Shown: in pieces, positions 9,453 through 18,607 of the stretch
Layout: each line of letters starts with the position of its first letter
Numbering within the stretch: the first letter of the stretch is position 1
From: a virus
Lineage: Duplodnaviria > Caudoviricetes
Virus record (IMG/VR): IMGVR_UViG_3300032247_001523
Location: 1 to 51,227 of that record
DNA length: 51,227 nucleotides
Direction: 5' to 3' (one strand)
The notes under the pieces: generated by a model
What the model was told of the DNA's origin: nothing
The model's database searches: none
Seen by the model: only the letters and a program-made list of their open reading frames with translations
Translations under genes and position numbers: made by a program

Positions 9453-10266
9453 AATATTCTATCATTTCCTCTGTTATAAATTTTTTATCATAGTAATGAA
9501 ACGGATGATATTGGTTGATGTTGTTAACTCTGATCATGCCTTCATCAAACTCTGTGACATATACGTCTTGAAAACTGGCCGATTCGGCAAAGTAATTGAC
9601 AGCCGGCTTCATGTGAATAAAGTTGATATAATCAGCTGAGGGTAGTGTTGTCAGTTCTTGACCTACCAATTTGGATGCCAGTGCAAACACCACATCTGTT
9701 GTTGCTGTGTCTTCTCTGTAATTCTTCAATGCACGGTCACGCACCTCGGTCCAATTTTCAAATATGCGACGAGCTGTGATAAAGAAATCCCTGGCTGTTT
9801 GTGTGTATCTGAAATACATTAGGCCATTATATACATCTGGCAAGTCATTGTCGTCAAACACCTGTCGATATTTCCTAACATCGCTGAGCTCTTGAAGATA
9901 GTTTCTGCAACCGGTACTGAGTACCACGTCACGTAGTCTGAATGCGGCCCACCAATGATCTATACTGCGTGTGAACAATAGGTCTGCTTCAACCTTGATG
10001 GTCTCTTTGAAAGGTGTCAACCAAAAAGCCTGCCATTCGGCATCAAATGGACCTTCACTGTTGGCCACTATGATATAATCAAATACTGCTCTGTGCTGAT
10101 CTGTGATCAACTCATTGGTGTCAGGGTCAACGATGACTGCAACACGATTGATCTTTTGTGTGGACTTGATGCTCAATGCCTGCACATAGGCCAATCGCAG
10201 GTAATCCGTTTCTGCCGTGTTTTTGGCAAAAGTTAAAAATCCCTGTTGTTCTTTATGTTGAGACAT
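9430..10266 (-). CDS. Glycosyltransferase-like protein (GT-A fold, GT8-like)
   Basis: GFLTFA...YLRLAY.QALSIK...TPFKETIKVEADLLF (ExD variant of DxD)...YNGLMYF...HMK; paralog of 10253..11026. Confidence 0.65.
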   Translation of the reverse strand: MSQHKEQQGFLTFAKNTAETDYLRLAYVQALSIKSTQKINRVAVIVDPDTNELITDQHRAVFDYIIVANSEGPFDAEWQAFWLTPFKETIKVEADLLFTRSIDHWWAAFRLRDVVLSTGCRNYLQELSDVRKYRQVFDDNDLPDVYNGLMYFRYTQTARDFFITARRIFENWTEVRDRALKNYREDTATTDVVFALASKLVGQELTTLPSADYINFIHMKPAVNYFAESASFQDVYVTEFDEGMIRVNNINQYHPFHYYDKKFITEEMIEYYERSRIS

Positions 10267-11026
10267 TTCTTATAAACTGTTTAAAATTTTCACTTTGTAA
10301 ATAGCGTTTGCTCATGACATGCATGTTGGTTCTTGGTACCACATAAGCACGAACGGAATCTTTGATCACAAAACTGTTGTTGTTGATTGAAATTGATTCA
10401 ATGGCACGATCAACTGTCAGCATTGACCCCGGAATGGTCTGAGTACCCACTGTAAAGCCATTTAATATTGTGTCAGCTATGGCAAATGCATAATCATTTC
10501 TATAGTTACGTTCCACAATGTTAAATAGTTCTCGGTAGTAATTATAATTATTCTGAATTCGTTCCACTAGATTAAAAAATTGCTCGGCTCGATTGCTACG
10601 TCTAAAAGCAAATACCGTGGCCCAGACAAATGGTAAACTGTGCGGACCCATCACTGCTGGGTATTCAGGATCAGTGGAATGACTGTGCCGTTGCAACATG
10701 TAGTCCCAGGGTTGATCAAATATCTTCAAGATTTCCTTGTCTTGTACAACATAATCAACATCCATCACAATGGTTTCATCGTATGGACTCAATCGATAGG
10801 CCTGGCATCGGCCAAAGTTTCGCCATTCAACGAATTTGCCCAGGTCTGTGTTGTATCGTGTGTTGGACAGCTCAGACTCTGTGGACAATATGGTGTAAGG
10901 CAGTCCCCATACCCGACTGGCCAGCTTTACTGTTTGCTCAGCAATTGCACGATAGTCTGTTTCTGCTGTGTTGTTGGCAAACGCCAATATGCCTCTAGAT
11001 TTTTCTAATTGTTTTGAGTTTTGCAT
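10253..11026 (-). CDS. Glycosyltransferase-like protein (GT-A fold, GT8-like)
   Basis: RGILAFA...SPYDETIVMDVDYVV (DxD)...WATVFAF...RNDYAF...HVMSK. Confidence 0.7.
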   Translation of the reverse strand: MQNSKQLEKSRGILAFANNTAETDYRAIAEQTVKLASRVWGLPYTILSTESELSNTRYNTDLGKFVEWRNFGRCQAYRLSPYDETIVMDVDYVVQDKEILKIFDQPWDYMLQRHSHSTDPEYPAVMGPHSLPFVWATVFAFRRSNRAEQFFNLVERIQNNYNYYRELFNIVERNYRNDYAFAIADTILNGFTVGTQTIPGSMLTVDRAIESISINNNSFVIKDSVRAYVVPRTNMHVMSKRYLQSENFKQFIRNVST

Positions 11027-11309
11027 GTTCTTGATGCCAGCGATTCATAACCACTTGATAGTGTTGTTGTGCTTGTATCAAAAATACATGACGGTCAATG
11101 TGTACTGGGTTACCATACACATCTTCAATATACAGTTCATCAACTGGCCAACCCTGCATGAATGCCAACAACTCGGGTGTGATTTTAAACAGCCCGCCGT
11201 TGTGTGCAAGATGTAGATCCGTTTGAATCTTTTCTCTCAATATGCGTCGATTGGTTTGGTAGTCCGTACTCAAACGGATCTCTTCTAGTAGATTGTCAAT
11301 GTCACTCAT
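10995..11309 (-). CDS. Hypothetical protein, first gene of the modification operon
   Basis: 104 aa ORF just downstream of the promoter at 11337-11365; overlaps the next gene. Confidence 0.7.
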   Translation of the reverse strand: MSDIDNLLEEIRLSTDYQTNRRILREKIQTDLHLAHNGGLFKITPELLAFMQGWPVDELYIEDVYGNPVHIDRHVFLIQAQQHYQVVMNRWHQEHAKLKTIRKI

Positions 11310-11321
11310 GGTATTAGATAT

Positions 11322-11356
11322 AAAAAAGCACAGTCTATAGTAGCAAAGACTGTGCT
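11322..11356 (-). terminator. Intrinsic terminator ending the tail-gene transcript
   Basis: Perfect 10-bp inverted repeat AGCACAGTCT (11327-11336) / AGACTGTGCT (11347-11356) with a 10-nt loop, followed by a T run on the minus strand. Confidence 0.8.
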
Positions 11357-11365
11357 GATTGTCAA
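11337..11365 (-). promoter_or_regulatory. Sigma70-type promoter overlapping the terminator
   Basis: Minus strand reads TTGACA (11365-11360), 17 nt, TACTAT (11342-11337) with a TGn extension. Confidence 0.7.
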
Positions 11366-11378
11366 GACCAAAATGGAA

Positions 11379-12329
11379 TTATAGTGCCGAAATTGTCACT
11401 GTGCCCCAGGTATTGGTCAAGTTGGTTGTTTCTGGGTAGCTGATATCAATGCTACGTACCACGTTGATACCCAAGCTGTCGTCAAAACTGCCACCTGAGT
11501 TGGTGCCAGATGTTGAGTTCAATGTGATCCAAAAGTCAACGTTCAGACCTTTGTCGTTGTTGGAACCCTGTGTGCCGTTGCAACTGACTGTGATGCTGGC
11601 TGTGTCTGATGTGTATGCCGATGTGGTACTAGTAACAGAAACCAATGTCACGTTGGAATTATATGTGCTGGTATGGTATCCAATGTTGGTTGCGTTGGTG
11701 CCCAATGTACCACCTGTACCTGTACGTCCACCATTGGTGTTGGCAGCAAATAAGGCCACTCCACCTAGATATGTACACAGGTTAATGGCAGCATTGGTAC
11801 GAGCTGTTGTACTTGCATTTTGCGATGCTGATGTGTTTAGTTTTAAACGACCACCGGCATTGAAGAAATAACGTGCTTGGTCTGCGCTGGCAAATGCCGC
11901 ACGTACACCAAATGCACGAGACAGTGTTGAAGTGGTTGTTGCACTGGTCCAAGCTGTTGATTGGTTTGTGCCCACTGTGACTGCCGAGTTACTGTTGAAG
12001 TTCAAACGGTTGTTATAACTTGTAGTAATGTTGGTGCTCAGTGCCGACAAATAGTTAATGGTGGTGCCAGCAGTTGGAGCTGAGATACCCGAACCTGAAC
12101 CTGCTTGGTGAGTTAAAATGCTGTTTAGTGTGTTGATCAATGAAGCCCACTGTGTAGCAGTAACAGTATTGGATACTGAAACCTGACTGACTGATGTTTG
12201 CCCGTAACCAGCAGAGCCGCTGCCTACTGCCCACACTGTGTTGATGGTATTGACAGTACTGCTAGGGCTAGTACCAACAAAATTGTTATAATCTGTGGCT
12301 TCAATTAATCCGCCTTGACTGTATGCCAT
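11379..12329 (-). CDS. Putative virion structural (tail-associated) protein
   Basis: 316 aa, very rich in Thr/Ser/Asn/Gly; last gene of the structural block. Confidence 0.65.
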   Translation of the reverse strand: MAYSQGGLIEATDYNNFVGTSPSSTVNTINTVWAVGSGSAGYGQTSVSQVSVSNTVTATQWASLINTLNSILTHQAGSGSGISAPTAGTTINYLSALSTNITTSYNNRLNFNSNSAVTVGTNQSTAWTSATTTSTLSRAFGVRAAFASADQARYFFNAGGRLKLNTSASQNASTTARTNAAINLCTYLGGVALFAANTNGGRTGTGGTLGTNATNIGYHTSTYNSNVTLVSVTSTTSAYTSDTASITVSCNGTQGSNNDKGLNVDFWITLNSTSGTNSGGSFDDSLGINVVRSIDISYPETTNLTNTWGTVTISAL

Positions 12330-12344
12330 ATTCTTTTTATCCTA

Positions 12345-13856
12345 TTACGAATTAAGTTTAACAACGGCTTCGATTGTGCCTACACCGTTGTCTAATTTAT
12401 TTTCTAATGCTCTACCAATAACATTCCAAGTGTTGATCTCGGTTCTGCTACCGGCGCGAGCTAATCCATTTCCGGCACTTACCAGCCGGTCGCCTTTGCG
12501 TATTTTGCCTACTACTTTGACTGGTACTCGTCCTTGAACTGCAATAGGTGGGTGTGTCTGATCTGAACCGGCACTGGAATTCATTAAGTAGGCCGCATTA
12601 GTACTTATGACGCCAAACACGTTTTCGCTTAAATCTTGGGTCGCAGCCGTGATTTCTGCAGGACCACCAATTTCGACCACTGTACCCGGCTCATACACCG
12701 AGTCGGCTTCAAAACGTTCGGCCAAGTCAGCATATAATGCATGAATGGCTGTTCCGTAAATGTTGTTCCACCAAGCAGTAGTACTACCAAGATTATATGA
12801 CAAATTGGCAGTAGGTACAATACTTCCGGTTATCGACAATCCAGCATTTGAACCACCTGACACAATTGTGTTGATGTATGCATTGTTCCACCATGCTGTA
12901 GTGCTACCCAAATTGTATGTGACATTGCTTGAAGGCAGTACATTTCCAGCAACTGTTAGTCTTCCGTTAACTGCCAGATTGCTGTTAAATGTAGTTGTAC
13001 CACCCGAGCCGCCACCGCCGCCAAATGCATTACTGACAGCATTTGTAATTGCGACATCAGTATACTGCTTGGTAGCAATACCAAGATTGGCCGTTGGGTT
13101 GGCAATTACTGTGGCTAGGCCTGTTGCTCCGTTTACCGAAATTACCGGTGTGCTTGTTCCGGCTAGGTTTAACTGTAACGCAAAACCGGTGCCCACTGTG
13201 GTATTTTGAATATAAGAGTTACCACCACTGACACCAACAGTCATATTTGGACTGCTGATCATGGTTGGTTCAATTGCAGTTGGGAAATTGATACCTGGGT
13301 TGATTCTGGTCAATCCAGAAATAGAATTCTGTGGTGTAAAATATGTGCTATCACTGCTGATAACTGCACTCAATTTGTTGTTGACAGTGACGTTACCAAC
13401 AATGTGTGCAATACTGCTTGAATCTGTTACAGTATTTCCGCTGATTGTTGTGATGGCAGTGCCTGGAGGAATACTTGGACCAATAGCCACCCATGTACTA
13501 CCCGACCAAACTTTAAATAAGCTGTTGCCGGTATCCCACCAAAAATCACCAACAACTGGCTGTACAGGAGGATTTGTACCAGTTTGGCTGCTTGAGATAA
13601 CTTTCCAGACTGTGCCTTGGTAAACGCTCAAATGTTTGTTTACAGTATCCCACCATAATTGACCTTGCAACGGATTGCTTGGTGCAGTAGAGCTGGCAAA
13701 GTTTTCTAGAATTTTGATAAAATTCTCATTCAAATATAACCCATAGCCAGCAAAATTCTTACCAATTAGATTGATACTAGTGGTAGTTGTGTCTGAGGAA
13801 CCATCAGCTAGACTTGCTAGTGCTGTTCCATTTGTTAAAGTTAAATTATACGCCAT
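12345..13856 (-). CDS. Tail fibre-like protein with C-terminal YADLAE (putative chaperone-like) domain
   Basis: N-terminus (LIGKN..GYG...NENFIK.L.NF....P..PL.GQLW.D) is shared with 16012..17886; ATKQYTD motif; two PxANxxYNLGSTTAWW repeats; the YADLAE...GRVPVKV...IEAVV end is shared with 18608..19933. Confidence 0.75.
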   Translation of the reverse strand: MAYNLTLTNGTALASLADGSSDTTTTSINLIGKNFAGYGLYLNENFIKILENFASSTAPSNPLQGQLWWDTVNKHLSVYQGTVWKVISSSQTGTNPPVQPVVGDFWWDTGNSLFKVWSGSTWVAIGPSIPPGTAITTISGNTVTDSSSIAHIVGNVTVNNKLSAVISSDSTYFTPQNSISGLTRINPGINFPTAIEPTMISSPNMTVGVSGGNSYIQNTTVGTGFALQLNLAGTSTPVISVNGATGLATVIANPTANLGIATKQYTDVAITNAVSNAFGGGGGSGGTTTFNSNLAVNGRLTVAGNVLPSSNVTYNLGSTTAWWNNAYINTIVSGGSNAGLSITGSIVPTANLSYNLGSTTAWWNNIYGTAIHALYADLAERFEADSVYEPGTVVEIGGPAEITAATQDLSENVFGVISTNAAYLMNSSAGSDQTHPPIAVQGRVPVKVVGKIRKGDRLVSAGNGLARAGSRTEINTWNVIGRALENKLDNGVGTIEAVVKLNS

Positions 13857-13881
13857 GTCTTTGCATCCAATTGATTATAGT

Positions 13882-13888
13882 TATTTAT
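13882..13888 (-). promoter_or_regulatory. Putative gp55-dependent late promoter (ATAAATA)
   Basis: ATAAATA in a short intergenic gap, 25 nt before the ATG at 13856; resembles the T4 late consensus TATAAATA. Confidence 0.65.
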
Positions 13889-13908
13889 GCGTGATTTAAC
13901 CAAATACA

Positions 13909-16002
13909 TTAACCCCATGATATGATCACCACCCCATTTTGTCCAGCATTTCCGGCCCAATTGTATGGTGGAACACGATCTGGTGCATCTGCACCAGCAC
14001 CGCCTGCACCAGCACCGTGGGCGCCGTCTCCCCCTATTCCGCCATATGTGGTTGAATAATCATTGTATCCAGTAGTACCTTCGCTGCCATTGACTCCGTT
14101 TGGAGTCCCGCCTGCGCCACCGCCGCCACCTTGCCACCCTGTACCAGATGCTCCACCGGCACCGCCAGTGGCTGTAACAGTACCAAACGAGCCCGAAACG
14201 CTGGTGTTTTCACCGGATCCGCCGTTGCCACCGCCACCAGTGTATCCTGCATCTCGACCAACATAAGGAGCACCGGCTCCGCCCGCCCCAACTGTGATGG
14301 TTAATTCTTCGCCGGGTGTTACGGATTTGGTGTAGACAACGCTGCCGCCACCGCCGCCACCTCCTCCAGCACCACCATCGCCCACTTCAGTAGATCCACC
14401 ACCACCGCCACCTGCACCCACTAGGGTAATGTCCACCGAATGCACACCGGCCGGCACTGTGAACTTTTGATTACCAGTTGTTCTAACTGTGCCTGCAGGG
14501 GCCAGTGTGTTCCATACTTCGCCGCCACTGGGCGCAACAATCTGTGCCGCAATACCAGCTGGGCCGCCTTGATTGACTGCTGTAATGGTTATATAGTGTA
14601 TGCCGGCTGTTGCATAAAATGTTTCATCTGCCTGTCCGTAAAAACTGTTATATGTGCCGGCAATATATGCTCCATCAAGATAGAAATAGCCGTAGTTGTC
14701 AATTGACCAATTGAGTGTGTATGTGCCAGTTTCTGGAAATGACAACATGGCTTGGTATGAATAAGGGCCGCCACTGTATGCACCACCTTGCCAAATTGAG
14801 TATGTGGCCATAAAATCAGACCATGCCCATGGTGCTTCGTTGCTGGTAGCATACCATCCCGACGGTATCACTCGTGTGGCTGCCGAAGTTCCGCTGAAAG
14901 TTATGCTTCCGCTGGGCTTTTTCACATTGTAGGACAAAGTTATTCCAATATTGGTCACATTGCCGGCATCACTGATCACATTCACTGTGTCTGTGTATGT
15001 TCGGTTGTTCTGTGCAGTGATTGTGAATGTGGCTGACGATCCTGCTGAAATAGAACTGGGAGCGCCACTTATGGTTGATCCGTTTTTGGACCTGATGCTA
15101 GAAATGTTCAGTGTATTGACACCATCGTTATATATGGTAACAGTGTCAGACGGTGCGCCGTCGTCAAAATTGTATGAATGGCTGATGTCTGTGGTACTTA
15201 AACGAATTGCTCCGTAAGTTCTGTTCACCGTCAAGGTCACAGGTATCACTGCTTGGCCCTGTGACGAATCTGAGTTAATGGTTACATTTTGTCTGTATGT
15301 GCCTGGAGTAGTCTGACTTGGAGGCTGTACATTAAAACTGGCACTGCTACCAAACGCAACGCTGGAAGGAACTCCGCTGATAGCTGTACCCGACTGATCT
15401 GACACCACCGAACTGATATACAAAGTGGCTCCGTTTCCGCTGTTGGAGATATTGATCACTGCGGCTGGTGTATTATCAATGTCTCGCTGTGTTAACGATA
15501 TTGATGAGGGTGCGCTTAAAGTTGCATAACGTGCCAGTACTGTTACTGAGTAGGGCACACTGAATGTGGTACTGCCCAACAATCCGGTGTTGACTGTCAA
15601 ATCAATGGTACCAGTGTATGTGCCGGTACTGCTGCCAGTCAGTGTGTACCTGAACGAGGTTGATGAGCCCGGTGACAATGTGATTGGAATAGCTAAATTT
15701 ATACCAGTACAATTGGCATTGCTGGCGCTGACTGCTGTTACTGTTAAAGAATCTTCGCCATCGTTGGTCAGAGTCACTACGCCGTTTGTACTATCTCCTG
15801 TATAAACTGACCCGCTAAGAGAAGTTGGACTAAATGTTGCATGGCCTGCTTGTGTGGGATAGATTCTGCGCCAACCGGTGGCTGTCTTGACCCATGCAGT
15901 TTTAACTGGTTGCCAAGATCCGTCTGCGGCCTTGCGCCATAGTCCTTTGAGTGGGGCCCAAGATCCATCGTCTTTCTTGATTCGTGTAACGCCGTAGGCC
16001 AT
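13909..16002 (-). CDS. Putative receptor-binding/adhesin protein: three Ig-like repeats, a PA14/lectin-like segment and a Gly-rich C-terminus
   Basis: Three repeats of (V/I)x(L/I)xNxGxxxLx(V/I)...F.....GTY...; aromatic WSIDNYGYFYLDG segment; FTVPAGV...LVGAGGGGG...GQNGVVIISW Gly-rich end. Confidence 0.65.
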   Translation of the reverse strand: MAYGVTRIKKDDGSWAPLKGLWRKAADGSWQPVKTAWVKTATGWRRIYPTQAGHATFSPTSLSGSVYTGDSTNGVVTLTNDGEDSLTVTAVSASNANCTGINLAIPITLSPGSSTSFRYTLTGSSTGTYTGTIDLTVNTGLLGSTTFSVPYSVTVLARYATLSAPSSISLTQRDIDNTPAAVINISNSGNGATLYISSVVSDQSGTAISGVPSSVAFGSSASFNVQPPSQTTPGTYRQNVTINSDSSQGQAVIPVTLTVNRTYGAIRLSTTDISHSYNFDDGAPSDTVTIYNDGVNTLNISSIRSKNGSTISGAPSSISAGSSATFTITAQNNRTYTDTVNVISDAGNVTNIGITLSYNVKKPSGSITFSGTSAATRVIPSGWYATSNEAPWAWSDFMATYSIWQGGAYSGGPYSYQAMLSFPETGTYTLNWSIDNYGYFYLDGAYIAGTYNSFYGQADETFYATAGIHYITITAVNQGGPAGIAAQIVAPSGGEVWNTLAPAGTVRTTGNQKFTVPAGVHSVDITLVGAGGGGGGSTEVGDGGAGGGGGGGGSVVYTKSVTPGEELTITVGAGGAGAPYVGRDAGYTGGGGNGGSGENTSVSGSFGTVTATGGAGGASGTGWQGGGGGAGGTPNGVNGSEGTTGYNDYSTTYGGIGGDGAHGAGAGGAGADAPDRVPPYNWAGNAGQNGVVIISWG

Positions 16003-16011
16003 TTATTATCC

Positions 16012-17886
16012 TTAGATCTGGAACCAGAAGTCACCAGGGTTTGTACCGCCGTCATTGACCCCTGTTTGAGGAACTTGAGTGTTAACTACTTTTTTACTAC
16101 CTTGCCATAATGCTGATGTGGAATTGCCAATAGCCGTTTGCACAAAAGCAGTAGTAGCAATCATGGTACTACTATTGCCTGTGGTTGCTGTAACTGATCG
16201 AGGAATACCAGTCAATGTTGGACTGTTGATTGGTGCATACAGAGTCAGTGCTGAATTCAAATCTGTAGAGGTAACATAGCCAGTTAGAGTACTACTGATA
16301 GTTGACCCTAGACTAGACATGGCAACATTGGCAGCATTGATATTGGCTCGTAAGCCTGCAATTGCACCTTCTTGTACCGTGGCATTACCGTACAAGTTTG
16401 CCACGGCAGCATCAACATAGACTTTCATGGCGCTGTTGGCCGTAACAATGGCTGTATTGGCACTGGTAATGTCTGCCACTCGTGAGCTGTTTAATGTGTC
16501 AACATAGACCTTTAATCCAACATTGGCAGTGACGATGGCGGCATTGGCAGCTTGAACATTTGCAGCCATGGCCGCATTTAACCCATCCACATAAGTGCTG
16601 AGTGCGTTTGTGCTACCGCCTAGATTGGACACAGCGGCATCAACGTAGACCTTCATGGCACTGTTGGACGTAACAATTGCGGAATTGGCGCCAGTAATGT
16701 CTGCGGTTCGTGCGCTATTCAAGGTGTCAACATAAGCCTTTAATCCAATGTTGGCTGTGACAATGGCAGCGTTGGCGCCAGTAATGTCTGCTATTCGTGC
16801 GCTGTTTAGTGTGTCAACATAAGATTGTAGTCCAACGTTGGCTGTGACTATTGCGCTGTTGGCTGCGGCCACGTTACTGCTGATTGCAGACATTACGGCA
16901 GCATTTTGCAAACTGTTTTGATCAATGGTGTATGCACGTAAACTGACATTGGCCAAAGATACTGCATTGTCAACATAATTTTTTGTGGCCACACCCAGTG
17001 ATGTGGCAGGATCGCCCGACACATAGGCTAACCCAGTCTGTCCGTCAATGTAAAGACTTCTGACCAGTTGATTGTTTACCACATTGAAAATATTAAAATC
17101 GCCGCCAGAAACGGTGTTGGTGATAGAATTATCACCGCCTGTACTGGTAATGGTCAATGCCCCATTGGCTACACTGACATTGTTGGTAAATGTAGTGGCA
17201 ATGTCTGTTCTTGCATAGACCGTGGGCGATAAACCATTTAACTTTTGACTGTCAGTGGCTGTGCCTGTGAATACTGCGCCTGTAACTGTACTGCTCAATG
17301 ATATGCCAGTGGCAACTGTACCAAATCCTGTAATGGCCACATTGGGAACAAATGCCGGATCAGAGTTAACCACTGCAACCAATTGACTGTTGGCATAGAG
17401 TCCAAGCAATTTGTGTGGTGCACCGCTTACATCAAATGTAGATATCAGCTGAGCTGAATTGATACCATCATATATTCCAGCTTGGGGACCAATTACCTGC
17501 CAGGCCGACCCATTGTAGACCTTGAATTGATAGTTGTAGGAATCCCACCATGTGTCGCCTAGGGTAGCAGTGGGCGGAGTTCCTACACTGATTGAGGTGC
17601 CGGACACTTTGGTAAAAGCAGTTCCGTTGTAGACCTTTAAGAATCCCACTTGAGAATCATACCAAAGCTGTCCTGTCAGGGGCCTGCTGGGGTTGATTGC
17701 ACCGGAGAAGTTCTGCAACAACTTGATGAAGTTTTCGTTTTGATATTCACCATAGTTGGGATAGTTTTTACCAAACAGGTTAATGTCGCAAATGTTTTGA
17801 CCTGGGTTGATCTGTGGGCCATTGGCTGTACCATCTGCCAGTGTGATCAGTAACTGTCCGTTGAATTCATTAATATTGTATGCCAC
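16012..17886 (-). CDS. Tail fibre-like protein with coiled-coil stalk repeats
   Basis: Paralogous N-terminus to 12345..13856; ATKNYVD; 29-aa repeats; SPTLTGIP...IATTAFVQ; ends GDFWFQI. Confidence 0.75.
   Translation of the reverse strand: MAYNINEFNGQLLITLADGTANGPQINPGQNICDINLFGKNYPNYGEYQNENFIKLLQNFSGAINPSRPLTGQLWYDSQVGFLKVYNGTAFTKVSGTSISVGTPPTATLGDTWWDSYNYQFKVYNGSAWQVIGPQAGIYDGINSAQLISTFDVSGAPHKLLGLYANSQLVAVVNSDPAFVPNVAITGFGTVATGISLSSTVTGAVFTGTATDSQKLNGLSPTVYARTDIATTFTNNVSVANGALTITSTGGDNSITNTVSGGDFNIFNVVNNQLVRSLYIDGQTGLAYVSGDPATSLGVATKNYVDNAVSLANVSLRAYTIDQNSLQNAAVMSAISSNVAAANSAIVTANVGLQSYVDTLNSARIADITGANAAIVTANIGLKAYVDTLNSARTADITGANSAIVTSNSAMKVYVDAAVSNLGGSTNALSTYVDGLNAAMAANVQAANAAIVTANVGLKVYVDTLNSSRVADITSANTAIVTANSAMKVYVDAAVANLYGNATVQEGAIAGLRANINAANVAMSSLGSTISSTLTGYVTSTDLNSALTLYAPINSPTLTGIPRSVTATTGNSSTMIATTAFVQTAIGNSTSALWQGSKKVVNTQVPQTGVNDGGTNPGDFWFQI
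16395..16865 (-). repeat. Intragenic 87-nt (29-aa) imperfect tandem repeats
   Basis: ANSAIVTANVGLQSYVDTLNSARIADITG / ANAAIVTANIGLKAYVDTLNSARTADITG / ANAAIVTANVGLKVYVDTLNSSRVADITS, plus two AIVTxNSAMKVYVDAAVxNL units. Boundaries are approximate. Confidence 0.85.
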
Positions 17887-17890
17887 GATT

Positions 17891-18583
17891 TTATCCTATG
17901 CTAGAAAGGTTTGTTAGTGTTTGAATTCGCACAGTATAGTCAATTTGAATAAGTCTGTTTAGTGATTTTTGCACCGGGTGGAAAACCACGTGTGTCAGTA
18001 ATGGTCCAGTTGTGGTCAACCCGCTGGTGCCGTCCGTGCTTCGACCTTTAAGACCCAGTTCGTCAAATGTGAACTGATCGTTCAGGTTTTGACTGTTATC
18101 AAATACTGACTGAGTGGCCGGTTCTCCGTAATCCAGCAAACAGGTCACCAGGATGTCTGTGTAAACTTGCCCAGGCACATGTCGTATCTCCATGTAGTTG
18201 CGTAAAGGATCGCTGTTGCTGGGTGTGGTGTTGTCCACAATCTTGGCATAAGTTGGGTTATACAAGTTGGCATTTTGTGTGTTGGTGTTGCTGGGCAAAT
18301 AGTTGATAACACCAGTAGGGTCAACACTGGTACCACCGTTTCCAAAATGCATTTCATATATGAAGTTTTGTCCTTTATTGGCCAAACTGTAAGCAATGGC
18401 CGCGCTGATATTTTCGTAATGGATAGCATTACGCTTGTTAACATAAACTTGGCCGGACTCAGGATCAAATATTTTGATGTGACCCTGTACGTGAACACCA
18501 CCGTGTTCGTCTGGTTTACGTTCTGCTGTTTGATTGTGTTCCATTTTTTCTTTATCCTGCGGTTTGTTTTGTTCTGTGTTCAT
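17891..18583 (-). CDS. Putative baseplate/tail structural protein
   Basis: GHIKIFD...KRNAIHYEN...MHFGNGG...FTFDELGL...LTHVVFHPVQKSLNR.IQIDYTVRI; located between fibre genes. The true start may be the second Met. Confidence 0.65.
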   Translation of the reverse strand: MNTEQNKPQDKEKMEHNQTAERKPDEHGGVHVQGHIKIFDPESGQVYVNKRNAIHYENISAAIAYSLANKGQNFIYEMHFGNGGTSVDPTGVINYLPSNTNTQNANLYNPTYAKIVDNTTPSNSDPLRNYMEIRHVPGQVYTDILVTCLLDYGEPATQSVFDNSQNLNDQFTFDELGLKGRSTDGTSGLTTTGPLLTHVVFHPVQKSLNRLIQIDYTVRIQTLTNLSSIG

Positions 18584-18589
18584 ATTTAT
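18583..18589 (-). promoter_or_regulatory. Putative late promoter (ATAAATA)
   Basis: ATAAATA whose last base is the A of the annotated ATG at 18583. Confidence 0.55.
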
Positions 18590-18607
18590 GGCCTATAATG
18601 TTGGGTT

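Noticed and set aside
1-11309. RiPP cluster with a precursor peptide
   Set aside because: Genes overlap with no room for a short precursor, and no peptidase, transporter or RRE domain is visible; a precursor outside the window cannot be excluded.
16395-16865. Repeats as a CRISPR array
   Set aside because: They are in-frame coding repeats with synonymous variation and no unique spacers; no cas genes are present.
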